This document shows, piece by piece, positions 18,414-27,027 of a DNA stretch of 44,536 nucleotides. The position numbers and the translations under genes were made by a program. A model generated the notes under the pieces. It saw only the letters and a program-made list of their open reading frames with translations, did not search any database and was not told where the DNA came from. This stretch comes from a virus (lineage: Duplodnaviria > Caudoviricetes). The DNA lies in IMG/VR virus record IMGVR_UViG_3300005804_000118, positions 1-44,536 of that record. One strand, given 5' to 3'. The stretch's first letter is position 1. Every line of letters starts with the position of its first letter.

Positions 18414-18896
18414 ATGGCAACATTGAGTAAATACTCCAACATGATCAATTCAGACTCAGGACAAGCTTCTAAAGTCGATTCTGTACAGTTTTCAGCTCCG
18501 GAAAGTACTGATTTTGAAGATGATCAGAAGAAATACGGCTCGATAGATCCCCGATCGGATAAAGCTGTGGACCATAAGTACTGGGAATATCTTCTTTGGA
18601 ACTGCTGGCATCTCCAGAAAGGTTTGTATTATTTACTCCATGGCGTGAGATGCGGAGGCGGAGAACTGACATTGACCAAGGATAGCCTGCGACTGCTCCC
18701 AGGGGAATGGACGGATCCGGAGTGGGAAGAGATTAAGGCAAAGAAGCTTAACTCTTTCCGGGATGGGTTAATCGGTATACTTAGGCTCACCAGGATGGGA
18801 AAGGTCTCTGAAGATGATCTACCAGCCGGGGTGTTTGGGAATGGAGTGCCGGTGCCTGAAGCTCCGCCAGTGGATCAGGGGAGGTTGTTTGGGTGA
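18414..18896 (+). CDS. Hypothetical protein downstream of origin
   Basis: 160 aa ORF with AGGAG RBS, coupled to next gene. Confidence 0.7.
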   Translation: MATLSKYSNMINSDSGQASKVDSVQFSAPESTDFEDDQKKYGSIDPRSDKAVDHKYWEYLLWNCWHLQKGLYYLLHGVRCGGGELTLTKDSLRLLPGEWTDPEWEEIKAKKLNSFRDGLIGILRLTRMGKVSEDDLPAGVFGNGVPVPEAPPVDQGRLFG

Positions 18897-19096
18897 AGGC
18901 TGAGAAGAACACAAGTCAATATTGTCATAGCTGCGGTCAAGAACTTACTTCCTGGGATATCCGTTGCAGCAAAGCACTTGTCTATAAAAAACCTATCTGC
19001 GAAAAGTGTATTGCAAAGGAGTACGATAAAACGCTTGATGAGCTGCGGGACACATTTGAAGAGTATTTTGGAATGAGGCCGTGCATGGGGTTATGA
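18893..19096 (+). CDS. Small zinc-finger protein
   Basis: CHSC and CEKC pairs; GGGAGG RBS; 4-bp overlaps on both sides. Confidence 0.7.
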   Translation: MKAEKNTSQYCHSCGQELTSWDIRCSKALVYKKPICEKCIAKEYDKTLDELRDTFEEYFGMRPCMGL

Positions 19097-20235
19097 ATAA
19101 GCTTACAGAGCAGCTTTTGGCCGAAGGTTATACAAAAGATAATCACCCAGATTACGTTGAGTGGTCGAATTACAAAGATTTTGAATTTACCCATAAATAT
19201 CTTCTCGAGACAGTTTGGGAAACTCCCTGCGGCCTATTAAAAAAGGGAATAAATTCATACAACCATATGAGTCACATGGGAGTAACTTATTGTCCGGAAA
19301 ATAATAATCCTCGGTTTGGATGCCCGTATTTCGATGAGAAGTCTTGTGAATATCGGATAGATACTAACGAATTTTGGGGATGTAACTGCATTTATCATCT
19401 ATCGGACAAGTCTTATAACTATGAGCAAAGCGTTGAAAAGCTGTGGGATGAATGGGACAGGATTAAACACGAAGCATGGTTAGAAGTAATAAAGGATTGC
19501 GGTTATTGCACTAACTTTAATTGGGATAGAAAAAGTCGAAAATATATTCCCCGATACAAGATTGGTGCATGTATAGGTATTAAATGTCAAAACGAAATTT
19601 GCGCTGTCACCAGAAAACCAAGAAACCTTGAAAAGGTCAACATCTTTTATGATCTCCTGCGAGAAAAGCATTATAAAAAAGGACTGATCGAGGATACGGA
19701 GCGCTCAATCGAAAAAGGAATAAAGGTATTTGAATCGCCAGTTGCCCGGACAGATGCAGAGATATGGCTTAAATTGAACAAGAAAAGATTTGAACCGAGA
19801 AAAACAAGGAAAGACCGGACTGATGAATATTTTAGCGAAAACCACGGGAAGACGGGATTTGGAGAATACCAATTCTTTGAGTTTAAGGCTACAGCATTAA
19901 ATATCCGTATTGAGCGCAGAGAGTCCCGTGATCTACTTCAGGATTTACGGGATGCAAAGGAAGGTTTTGAAGTAACTCACGCCAGTGATCAGGCAAAGGC
20001 AGCAAAGAAGAACAAGAGCGAACGGCGGAAAAAGCATCAGGAAGATAAGATCAAGCGCCGGGAAAAGAAGAATATTGCAAAATGGAAATCATGGTTATCG
20101 GATGATGCCGCCGCACAATCATATGCTGAAGAAAATGAAGTCGATATCAATTTTCTTAGAGGATTAGCAGAACAAAAACTTAAGGAACGTGGGATTGTTA
20201 TTGAAAAGCAGCTTGAACAAGCAAGTTTATTTTAA
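19093..20235 (+). CDS. Cys-rich hypothetical protein with basic C-terminal helix
   Basis: ATG 19093 overlapping upstream stop; many Cys; ends EQASLF. Confidence 0.75.
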   Translation: MNKLTEQLLAEGYTKDNHPDYVEWSNYKDFEFTHKYLLETVWETPCGLLKKGINSYNHMSHMGVTYCPENNNPRFGCPYFDEKSCEYRIDTNEFWGCNCIYHLSDKSYNYEQSVEKLWDEWDRIKHEAWLEVIKDCGYCTNFNWDRKSRKYIPRYKIGACIGIKCQNEICAVTRKPRNLEKVNIFYDLLREKHYKKGLIEDTERSIEKGIKVFESPVARTDAEIWLKLNKKRFEPRKTRKDRTDEYFSENHGKTGFGEYQFFEFKATALNIRIERRESRDLLQDLRDAKEGFEVTHASDQAKAAKKNKSERRKKHQEDKIKRREKKNIAKWKSWLSDDAAAQSYAEENEVDINFLRGLAEQKLKERGIVIEKQLEQASLF

Positions 20236-20252
20236 AAAGGAGTGAATAAAAA

Positions 20253-20549
20253 GTGAAAAACAAATTAAGTGACCTCAATGATCACCTATTTGCTCAGTTA
20301 GAACGCTTAAGCGACGAAGATATATCCGGAGATAAATTGGCCGAAGAAATTCATCGGGCTAAAGCGGTGACCGGTCTGGCCTCTCAGATAATAGCAAACG
20401 GGAACCTGGTCTTAAACGGTATTCGGACAAAAGCAGAATTCTTTGGTAAAGATGCTGCTCTCCCGGAGATATTCCCTGACGCAAGCAATGATAATAAGGC
20501 AAAGAAGGCCATTCCTAGCAATCTCAAAGACGGATACCAGCGGGAGTAA
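20253..20549 (+). CDS. Conserved small phage protein preceding HNH gene
   Basis: MKNKLSDLNDHLFAQLERL..EEIHRAKAV..ASQII. Confidence 0.7.
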   Translation: MKNKLSDLNDHLFAQLERLSDEDISGDKLAEEIHRAKAVTGLASQIIANGNLVLNGIRTKAEFFGKDAALPEIFPDASNDNKAKKAIPSNLKDGYQRE

Positions 20550-20552
20550 TCC

Positions 20553-21332
20553 ATGAGAAAGTATTCTGACGAGGTAAAGGCTTTTATCATAGAAAACGTG
20601 AAGGGAATGCAAATCAAAGCCTTAGCAGAGCTGGTTAATGCTGAATTTGGAACAGCTTTTACGCATGGCAAAATGCGTTCATATTTGAAAAATCATGGAC
20701 TTGTCACAGGGATCGGCTGCGGAATTCCAGCCGGTACACCAACAAGATTGTATCCTGCTGAAGTCAGGGAGGTTATCAAAAGTAATTATGTTGGCGTCGG
20801 ACACCAGGGCATGGCAGACCTGTTGAATGAGAAATTCGGAACCAACTATACCAAGGGTCAGATGAAAGCAATTTATGCCAGATTTAAGTTGAACAGCGGA
20901 CTTTTAGGACGGTTTCCGAAAGGAAATGTACCGGTAAACAAAGGCAAGAAAGGCCGATCTTATCCGGGGATGGAGGCTACACAATTCAAGCCTGGCAATA
21001 TACCTCGCAACTGGTGGCCGGTTGGTACAGAAAGGCTTAGAGCTGACGGTTATGTCTGGAAGAAGGTCGCTGAGCCAAATAAATGGCGAGAGAAGCATGT
21101 TCTGATATGGGAAGCCGCACATGGTCCAAAGCCCCCTAAGCACGTGATAATATTCGCAGATGGCAACCGGCAGAACTTCGACCTGGACAACCTGATCCTG
21201 ATATCCCAGGCGCAGCTGGTGCGCATGAATCAAAAGCATTTAATTAGGAATGACGCAGAGCTGACAAAAATGGGAATTGTTATTGCGGATATACACATTA
21301 AAATCGGCCAAAGAAAGAGGTGTCTGAAATGA
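20553..21332 (+). CDS. HNH endonuclease with duplicated N-terminal helical repeat
   Basis: KHVLIWE..IIFADGNRQNFDLDNL; FPKGNVPVNKG and FKPGNIP motifs. Confidence 0.85.
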   Translation: MRKYSDEVKAFIIENVKGMQIKALAELVNAEFGTAFTHGKMRSYLKNHGLVTGIGCGIPAGTPTRLYPAEVREVIKSNYVGVGHQGMADLLNEKFGTNYTKGQMKAIYARFKLNSGLLGRFPKGNVPVNKGKKGRSYPGMEATQFKPGNIPRNWWPVGTERLRADGYVWKKVAEPNKWREKHVLIWEAAHGPKPPKHVIIFADGNRQNFDLDNLILISQAQLVRMNQKHLIRNDAELTKMGIVIADIHIKIGQRKRCLK

Positions 21333-21853
21333 GTTATTACCTTGGCATAGATGCATCGTTAACTTCACCGGGGTTCTGTATAGCCAAAAAACACCCGCCA
21401 TATCTTAAGTCCAATAATTACAAAAGCAAAAATACAGGTTTTGAACGGATCATTGAGATTCATGACGAAGTTAATTCCCTTTTGAAAGAATGGTATCCGC
21501 CTAAAAAAATCGTCATGGAGGAGCTGCCTGCCGGATCCAAAAGCCCTTATACGATTGAGAGGGCTGAATTGGTCGGAGTTATTAAATATTTAATTTACCG
21601 GGAAGGGTTCTGGTCAAACTTTATTCTTGTCAATCCTTCAACCTTAAAGAAATTCGCCACCGGAAAAGGAAACTGCGATAAACCCGCCATGATCCTCCAA
21701 GCTTACAAAGAATTTGGAATTGAGTTTACCTGCAATGATGAATGCGACGCTTTCTGGCTGGCCCAGGTCGGAAGGGCCATGGACGACCATTGGAAAGACT
21801 TAAGCAAGACAAAGATCCGGGAAAGTGTTATTGAGAAGCTTAAGGCCGGTTAA
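21329..21853 (+). CDS. RuvC-like Holliday junction resolvase
   Basis: LGIDASLTSPG, IVMEE, PSTLKKFATGKGNCDK, NDECDA. Confidence 0.88.
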   Translation: MSYYLGIDASLTSPGFCIAKKHPPYLKSNNYKSKNTGFERIIEIHDEVNSLLKEWYPPKKIVMEELPAGSKSPYTIERAELVGVIKYLIYREGFWSNFILVNPSTLKKFATGKGNCDKPAMILQAYKEFGIEFTCNDECDAFWLAQVGRAMDDHWKDLSKTKIRESVIEKLKAG

Positions 21854-21868
21854 GGCGGGTGAACTGCT

Positions 21869-22126
21869 ATGTACGATACAACCGAATGTTTTATGGCTTT
21901 GTGCGTAGCAATCTTAAAGTCTGTTCCTCCGGAGAGAGCTTTTGATCTACTTCATAATCCGCTAAATGCAAAACGCTATAACGATTGCATTACCCAGGAA
22001 GATTTGGAAGATATGGTCAAGCTCAGAGCAGAAGGTGTTCAGTACTCAGAGATTGGAGAAATGTACGGCATATCAAAAGATGCTGCATTCCGGAGGATTA
22101 AAAGGTTTAAAGGAAAGACGGGGTGA
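21869..22126 (+). CDS. Small HTH DNA-binding protein
   Basis: LRAEGVQYSEIGEMYGISKDAAFRRI. Confidence 0.7.
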   Translation: MYDTTECFMALCVAILKSVPPERAFDLLHNPLNAKRYNDCITQEDLEDMVKLRAEGVQYSEIGEMYGISKDAAFRRIKRFKGKTG

Positions 22127-22132
22127 GACCAA

Positions 22133-22453
22133 ATGGATAGAGAAGAACTAAGCCAAAACATACAAAAGATTCTTGAAACCGAACTAATGCCTTTATTCAC
22201 CCAGAAGAATCAAAGCTATGGCGATGATAAAGACGGGTTCTGGAACTTCCGAAAAGCTGCAGATGTTATCTACGGATCCGATGAAGCAACTTATCAGTTT
22301 GATATTCTGATGTCATATGTGATGAAACACATCTTGGCTTTGGCCAATAAAGGTATTTTTGAGCCTGAATTTAGGTCTCGCTGCAAAGATGTGATTATCT
22401 ATATGCTGATTGCTATGAGCATGGAGGACGATCAGAATGACGGAAGTAGGTAA
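22133..22453 (+). CDS. DUF1599-like (nucleotide-modification-associated) helical protein
   Basis: LFTQKNQSYG..NF..KH..DVIIY pattern. Confidence 0.55.
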   Translation: MDREELSQNIQKILETELMPLFTQKNQSYGDDKDGFWNFRKAADVIYGSDEATYQFDILMSYVMKHILALANKGIFEPEFRSRCKDVIIYMLIAMSMEDDQNDGSR

Positions 22454-22700
22454 CACGGTTTATAGTGCAGTCAATGATATGATTGACGAATTAAAAAAGG
22501 CTAATGAAACATACCCGTTGTTTTCATCAGGCCACGAAGGATACGGCGTTATGGCTGAAGAGTTTCAGGAGCTTTTTGAAGAAATCCGTAAGAAGCAGCC
22601 GGATAAACAGCGGTTATTTGAAGAAGCCGTCCAGCTGGGAGCAATGTGTATCAAGTTCATCATGTCCATGGAGAATTGGGAATTGCCGAGAGGGGGTTGA
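22437..22700 (+). CDS. MazG-like nucleotide pyrophosphohydrolase
   Basis: SGHEGYGVMAEEFQEL and EEAVQLGAMC acidic helices. Confidence 0.6.
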   Translation: MTEVGNTVYSAVNDMIDELKKANETYPLFSSGHEGYGVMAEEFQELFEEIRKKQPDKQRLFEEAVQLGAMCIKFIMSMENWELPRGG

Positions 22701-22706
22701 GCAAGG

Positions 22707-22853
22707 ATGGATAGAGAGCAAAGAATCTCGGTAATAAAAACAAGAGATTTATTGGAGATAACAAAGCAAGTTGCTGTATATCTTACCGAAGAAGAATTTG
22801 CTTCGATTATGAAGGTATTACTTCATGCCGTTGATAGACTGATGGAGGATTAG
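22707..22853 (+). CDS. 48-aa hypothetical protein (not in ORF track)
   Basis: MDREQRISVIKTRDLLEITKQVAVYLTEEEFASIMKVLLHAVDRLMED; fills gap in operon. Confidence 0.5.
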   Translation: MDREQRISVIKTRDLLEITKQVAVYLTEEEFASIMKVLLHAVDRLMED

Positions 22854-22868
22854 GAGGAACGGTGAAAA

Positions 22869-23096
22869 ATGTTCAAGAAAGGTTTGAAATGGATTGGAGG
22901 ATCTCTGATTTTTAATATCCTTGAAACTTGGTACTTTGGATGGAACATGACTGCACAGAGTACGGCAGAAAGATACTGTGACACTATTTCATCTTTAGGG
23001 GTTGCGATCGGATTGTTTCTTGTCTTTGGTTATGCGGTAGGCAAGACGGCGGTAATAAAGATATATGAAAAGGGTGGAGGTAACGGGGATGAATAA
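22869..23096 (+). CDS. Small membrane protein
   Basis: Two hydrophobic stretches, ETWYFGWN; GGAGG RBS. Confidence 0.65.
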   Translation: MFKKGLKWIGGSLIFNILETWYFGWNMTAQSTAERYCDTISSLGVAIGLFLVFGYAVGKTAVIKIYEKGGGNGDE

Positions 23097-23454
23097 ACAA
23101 GACCTTGATGTAATCCGGCAGAGGTGCGATAAGGCAACGCCGGGGCCGTGGGAATGCTGGCATAAAGATATGGATTTCGGCGGAGCTGTTAAATTTACAA
23201 TCGGTGACGCAATGGTAATTCGAAAGTCGAATCAGCGAAACATCGGGCCAATTTTTAAGAAAGAGGATGCCGAATTTATCGCCAATGCCCGAGCCGACAT
23301 TTCTGCTCTCCTTGCCGAAATAGACCGACTCAAGGCCAAGCTGGATGCAATAGAAAAGCTGTGCCTAAAAGCCCCAGGTTGTGGTATCAGTGCAGGTAAA
23401 TTTGCTGTAGAAATTGCAAAGATCATTGATGACGGATTGGAGGGCCGGGGATGA
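23089..23454 (+). CDS. Ead/Ea22-like phage protein
   Basis: IRQRCDKATPGPW..DAEFIANARADISALLAEIDRL. Confidence 0.7.
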   Translation: MNKQDLDVIRQRCDKATPGPWECWHKDMDFGGAVKFTIGDAMVIRKSNQRNIGPIFKKEDAEFIANARADISALLAEIDRLKAKLDAIEKLCLKAPGCGISAGKFAVEIAKIIDDGLEGRG

Positions 23455-23843
23455 GTGAATTAAAGCCTTGCCCGTTTTGCCCAGATGGAGAAGCAAGAGT
23501 TAGAGATTATAAAGATGTGGAATTTTTGATACACAACGCTGATTGCTTCATGGTTCAATGTGATAATTGCGGCTGTGGAACGAGCTATGAATCGACTAGG
23601 GAAAAAGCCGTTGCCGCTTGGAACCGTCGAACCAACCACTGGATACCAGTATCTGAGAGATTACCTGAACCAGGGGAAAGAGTTTTAGTTTATTGTCAGG
23701 GCATGGTCGGAGAAGCTTATATGACAACAAGCGGAAAGTTTAATCGCCACGGTGCAGATATTAGTGAGTTTTTAAGAGGAGTTACATGCTGGCGAACAAT
23801 GCCAGCTCCACCGGAAGGAGTGAAGAGAGATGACAAGGTTTGA
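23451..23843 (+). CDS. Lar-family restriction alleviation domain fused to DUF551
   Basis: ELKPCPFC..CDNCG..AAWNRR then WIPVSERLPE..VTCWRTMPAPP. Confidence 0.82.
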   Translation: MSELKPCPFCPDGEARVRDYKDVEFLIHNADCFMVQCDNCGCGTSYESTREKAVAAWNRRTNHWIPVSERLPEPGERVLVYCQGMVGEAYMTTSGKFNRHGADISEFLRGVTCWRTMPAPPEGVKRDDKV

Positions 23844-24192
23844 TTATATGGGATTTGGGCGTGATTGCGGATCTGATGATATGTTCGTAGTTCATGCTGG
23901 CAAATATACTCCGGAACAAGCAGTAAGTATTTGTAAATCCGAGTATGAGCACCTATTTAAAGAAACCGGTGAGTATAGACTTCCATGGCAACGAAGGTTA
24001 AGGGAACCAATAATAGACGATGTTCTAACGGCAGGCTGCGCTTTCCGGTTTGGCGTATCGCCTGAATGGCCGGACGGATGTTATACATTGGTTGGAATAA
24101 ACAAAAGAGGGGCATTTCCGGTGCATGTAATTGATTTTGATAGATTAAAACTACCAAAAAACGTGGAAGGAGAGCGAAGCAGGGATGAGTGA
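23830..24192 (+). CDS. Hypothetical protein
   Basis: 120 aa ORF in coupled operon. Confidence 0.65.
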   Translation: MTRFDYMGFGRDCGSDDMFVVHAGKYTPEQAVSICKSEYEHLFKETGEYRLPWQRRLREPIIDDVLTAGCAFRFGVSPEWPDGCYTLVGINKRGAFPVHVIDFDRLKLPKNVEGERSRDE

Positions 24193-24613
24193 GTATAAAC
24201 GATTGATAGATGCTGATCTTGCTGAACTTGCCGATCTTGCAGAAGAGATAGAAGCAATAGCCGACGTAAGCGATTTGGAAAACAAAGGCCCGATGTATGC
24301 CGGACAGCATATGCGATCTGGGATTGTGCGAGTGAGTAAGAAAGATGCAGAAAACTTGAGGAGAAAAGCAGATATAATTCGGAGATTCAATGAAGAGTTT
24401 GCCGAACTTGCCAAGGCCAAAGAATACGGAAATAGAGAGTATTGCAGGGCGATGGGATGTACTATGTTAGGTTATATTGAAAAAAAAATTATGTTAGATA
24501 TAGCCAAAGATAACTGCCGTCATTGCAAAGCCTATCAATTCCACGATTGGCTAAATAAAAACGGATATAAGATTATCAAGGCGGAAGCAGCCCTGCAGAT
24601 CGGAGGTGCTTGA
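24185..24613 (+). CDS. Hypothetical protein
   Basis: 142 aa ORF with C-terminal Cys cluster. Confidence 0.6.
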   Translation: MSEYKRLIDADLAELADLAEEIEAIADVSDLENKGPMYAGQHMRSGIVRVSKKDAENLRRKADIIRRFNEEFAELAKAKEYGNREYCRAMGCTMLGYIEKKIMLDIAKDNCRHCKAYQFHDWLNKNGYKIIKAEAALQIGGA

Positions 24614-24830
24614 TGTGTGCCAATTCATGGACTCCGACTGCTACTGCATAGTAAAAGCAGACACCTGCCAGCACTTAAGCAAAGAGAATTGCGGCACATA
24701 TACCAACCATCTAAAGACAATAGGCTACCGTGCTTGCCTGGTATGCGGAAGGTTTAGTTATTCAGCTGCAAAAGAACAAGATATCACCTGTGCCCATTGC
24801 GGGGAGGTGATACCGAGGAGAACAAAATGA
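24606..24830 (+). CDS. Small Cys-rich zinc-ribbon protein
   Basis: CLVC, CAHC and additional Cys; GGAGG overlaps start. Confidence 0.55.
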   Translation: MLDVCQFMDSDCYCIVKADTCQHLSKENCGTYTNHLKTIGYRACLVCGRFSYSAAKEQDITCAHCGEVIPRRTK

Positions 24831-24935
24831 GCGAGCAGAAACCTTTTAGTAGCGCGGATATAACAAGGATGATAGAATCCCCAGCCGGTGAGGTATTGAA
24901 GTGGTTTTACTCAGGATTGAGGAAGGAGAGCAGCC

Positions 24936-25334
24936 ATGACAAAAAAAGATCTTCAAGAGTATTATTGGACTCAAAAAAGCATTGCGAAGCTAGAACAGAG
25001 AATAGATGAGCTTCATGCCTTAGCGACTAGGCAAACATCAAGGATTAAGAACGATGCCGATTCAATTCATGGTGGAGGCTTTTTTGACAGACAAGGAGAA
25101 GCCCTGGCACAGTTGGCAGATCTTAGGTCAGAGCTGCTAGAGCAGCTGCAGAGATCATATGAGCAGCAAGTGAGAATTGAGCAAGCTATTAAGGATCTTC
25201 CGGAGAGGGAAAAATACCTTATTCGAGCAAGATACGTCGAACGTAAAAGCTGGGAAGCAATTTGTGTGGATATGAATTATTCTTGGCCAAGAATTCACGA
25301 GATACACTCAGGTGCTTTAAAAATACTTGCATGA
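24936..25334 (+). CDS. ArpU/RinA-like late transcriptional activator
   Basis: LPEREKYLIRARYVERKSWEAICVDMNYS sigma region-4-like HTH; last early gene before packaging. Confidence 0.8.
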   Translation: MTKKDLQEYYWTQKSIAKLEQRIDELHALATRQTSRIKNDADSIHGGGFFDRQGEALAQLADLRSELLEQLQRSYEQQVRIEQAIKDLPEREKYLIRARYVERKSWEAICVDMNYSWPRIHEIHSGALKILA

Positions 25335-25335
25335 A

Positions 25336-25372
25336 AAAACAGACTAAAACATATACTGATATGTGATATTAT
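25336..25372 (+). promoter_or_regulatory. Candidate activator-dependent late promoter
   Basis: AAAACA direct repeat 10 bp apart, extended -10 TGaTATTAT (25364-25372), no good -35. Confidence 0.45.
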
Positions 25373-25391
25373 GGCATTGTGAAGAATTAAC

Positions 25392-25419
25392 AAAGGCTGC
25401 CCAACTGGACAGCCTTTTT
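25392..25419. terminator. Terminator hairpin between late activator and hicB (possibly bidirectional)
   Basis: AAAGGCTG..CAGCCTTTTT. Confidence 0.7.
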
Positions 25420-25441
25420 CATATGCCATATTGTTATATTG

Positions 25442-25840
25442 TTAAGTGTTTTTAATCCCAAGATGAGCTTTTAGTCCTTCTTGGAGAATTGCCGAGAAAT
25501 TAACGTTATGGGCTTCGGCCTCCTCATTCAACCAGGAAGGAATAGATAATGTTTTTTTGACAGCCTTAAAATTTTTGCGGCGACGATAAGCAGTCATATC
25601 AACATCAATCATTGTAATAATTTGGCCTGATTCAAGAGATATGCTACTTAAATCGGATGGCTGTGGAATATCCTGACATTCGTCCATAAGATAGTCAAGC
25701 CAACTGCCTAAAGCATCCCTGGCACTATAAATTGATTCGGCTAGATCTTTGCCTTGGCTGTTTGTTCCGGGTAAATCGGGAAAGCGTATAGCGTATCCAG
25801 AGCCTACAGGGGTGAAGATTGCGGGAAAAACGTAAATCAT
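25442..25840 (-). CDS. hicB: HicB antitoxin
   Basis: YVFPAIF..FPDLPGTNSQG..ARDAL; C-terminal RHH VKKTLSIPSWLN..NFSAILQEGL. Confidence 0.93.
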   Translation of the reverse strand: MIYVFPAIFTPVGSGYAIRFPDLPGTNSQGKDLAESIYSARDALGSWLDYLMDECQDIPQPSDLSSISLESGQIITMIDVDMTAYRRRKNFKAVKKTLSIPSWLNEEAEAHNVNFSAILQEGLKAHLGIKNT

Positions 25841-25854
25841 TTTGCACCTCCAAC

Positions 25855-26058
25855 TTATTTATTTAGTATCCCAAGATGTGGGGCTTGTTTCAGCCCCGCA
25901 TCTTTTAGGATTTGTTGTGCTGTAACTTCGTTTATTTCGTTGTGTCTTGGGACTTGAACGGCTCGTTTGCTTGGAGCTTTGTAAACCGAATGATCTCCTT
26001 CTCTTATTTTTTTGAAACCGTTTTGTTCAAGTTTCTTTATCAAGTCCCGTCTTTTCAT
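25855..26058 (-). CDS. hicA: HicA mRNA interferase toxin
   Basis: MKRRDLIKKLEQNGF..REGDH..VPRHNEI..ILKDAGL. Confidence 0.93.
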   Translation of the reverse strand: MKRRDLIKKLEQNGFKKIREGDHSVYKAPSKRAVQVPRHNEINEVTAQQILKDAGLKQAPHLGILNK

Positions 26059-26084
26059 TTATGTATCACCCACCTTCTAATGCT

Positions 26085-26137
26085 ATTATATACGTATATA
26101 TTACGTATTGTCAATAGTAATACGTAATATATACGTA
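26085..26137 (-). promoter_or_regulatory. hicAB promoter within a perfect 19-bp inverted repeat
   Basis: Minus TTGACA(26114-26109)-18bp-TATAAT(26090-26085); arms 26091-26109 and 26119-26137. Confidence 0.8.
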
Positions 26138-26194
26138 ATTATTTTTAAAGATCAAAATAACGTAAAGTATTTACTAGTTTCGAGGTGGTGATTT

Positions 26195-27016
26195 ATGGAT
26201 TCTCGAGAACAAGCAAGAATATTATTTGAACAAGGTGAAAGGCTTGTCGATATCGCTGATAAGCTTAATATAAACTACAACACCGTTAAGCAGTGGCGTA
26301 ACCGAGGACAATGGAAAAAGCCTAAAAAGACAAAGAAGAAAGTTACACAAAAGGTTACGCAAAAAAGTAACTGCACAAAAGTTACAAAAGTTAAAGAAAT
26401 TGTACTTAAAGAAAATATTAGACTTACAGAAAAACAGGCTTTTTTTTGCTTGTATTATATTAAGAGTTTTAATGCTACTCAGTCATATCTTAAAGCTTAT
26501 CAATGTAGCTATAACACTGCGATGGTTGAGGGAAGTAGACTCCTGTTAAATCCTAAGATTAGAGATGAAATAAACAGGCTTAAGGAAATAAAGCGTCAGA
26601 CTATAATGATTACGGAAGATGATATTATTGAGCGTTACATGCGGATTGCATTTTTGGACATTACTGATTTTACAGAGTTCGGCCAGGAAGAAGTTCCGAT
26701 CATTACAAAAGAAGGCCCCGTGTTTCTTCCTGATTCTGATACTGGTGAGTTAAAGCCACTGATGCAAACGATAAATGTTTTAAAGTTTAAAAGCAGCGAT
26801 ATGGTTGATGGTGGGTTAATAAGCGAGATTAAGCAAGGGCGCCAGGGCGTAAGTCTTAAGCTCGAAGATAAACAAAAGGCTCTTAAGTGGTTAGCAGATT
26901 TCTTTGGTATGAATCCTGAACATAAACACAGGATAGAGTACGATGCTAAAAAGTTACAGCTTGAACAGGAAAGGTTACAGCATACAAAAGAAATGGATAA
27001 ATTGAAGGTGTTTTAA
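26195..27016 (+). CDS. Terminase small subunit, PBSX/SPP1 (Terminase_2)-like
   Basis: N-terminal HTH (LVDIADKL..TVKQWRNR), LTEKQAFFCLYYIKSFNATQSYLKA, LKLEDKQKALKWL. Confidence 0.82.
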   Translation: MDSREQARILFEQGERLVDIADKLNINYNTVKQWRNRGQWKKPKKTKKKVTQKVTQKSNCTKVTKVKEIVLKENIRLTEKQAFFCLYYIKSFNATQSYLKAYQCSYNTAMVEGSRLLLNPKIRDEINRLKEIKRQTIMITEDDIIERYMRIAFLDITDFTEFGQEEVPIITKEGPVFLPDSDTGELKPLMQTINVLKFKSSDMVDGGLISEIKQGRQGVSLKLEDKQKALKWLADFFGMNPEHKHRIEYDAKKLQLEQERLQHTKEMDKLKVF

Positions 27017-27027
27017 ATATTGTTATT

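Noticed and set aside
24797-25009. 70-aa ORF before the late activator
   Set aside because: Overlaps the ArpU-like gene by 74 bp and has no motif; an ATG at 24827 is possible but unsupported
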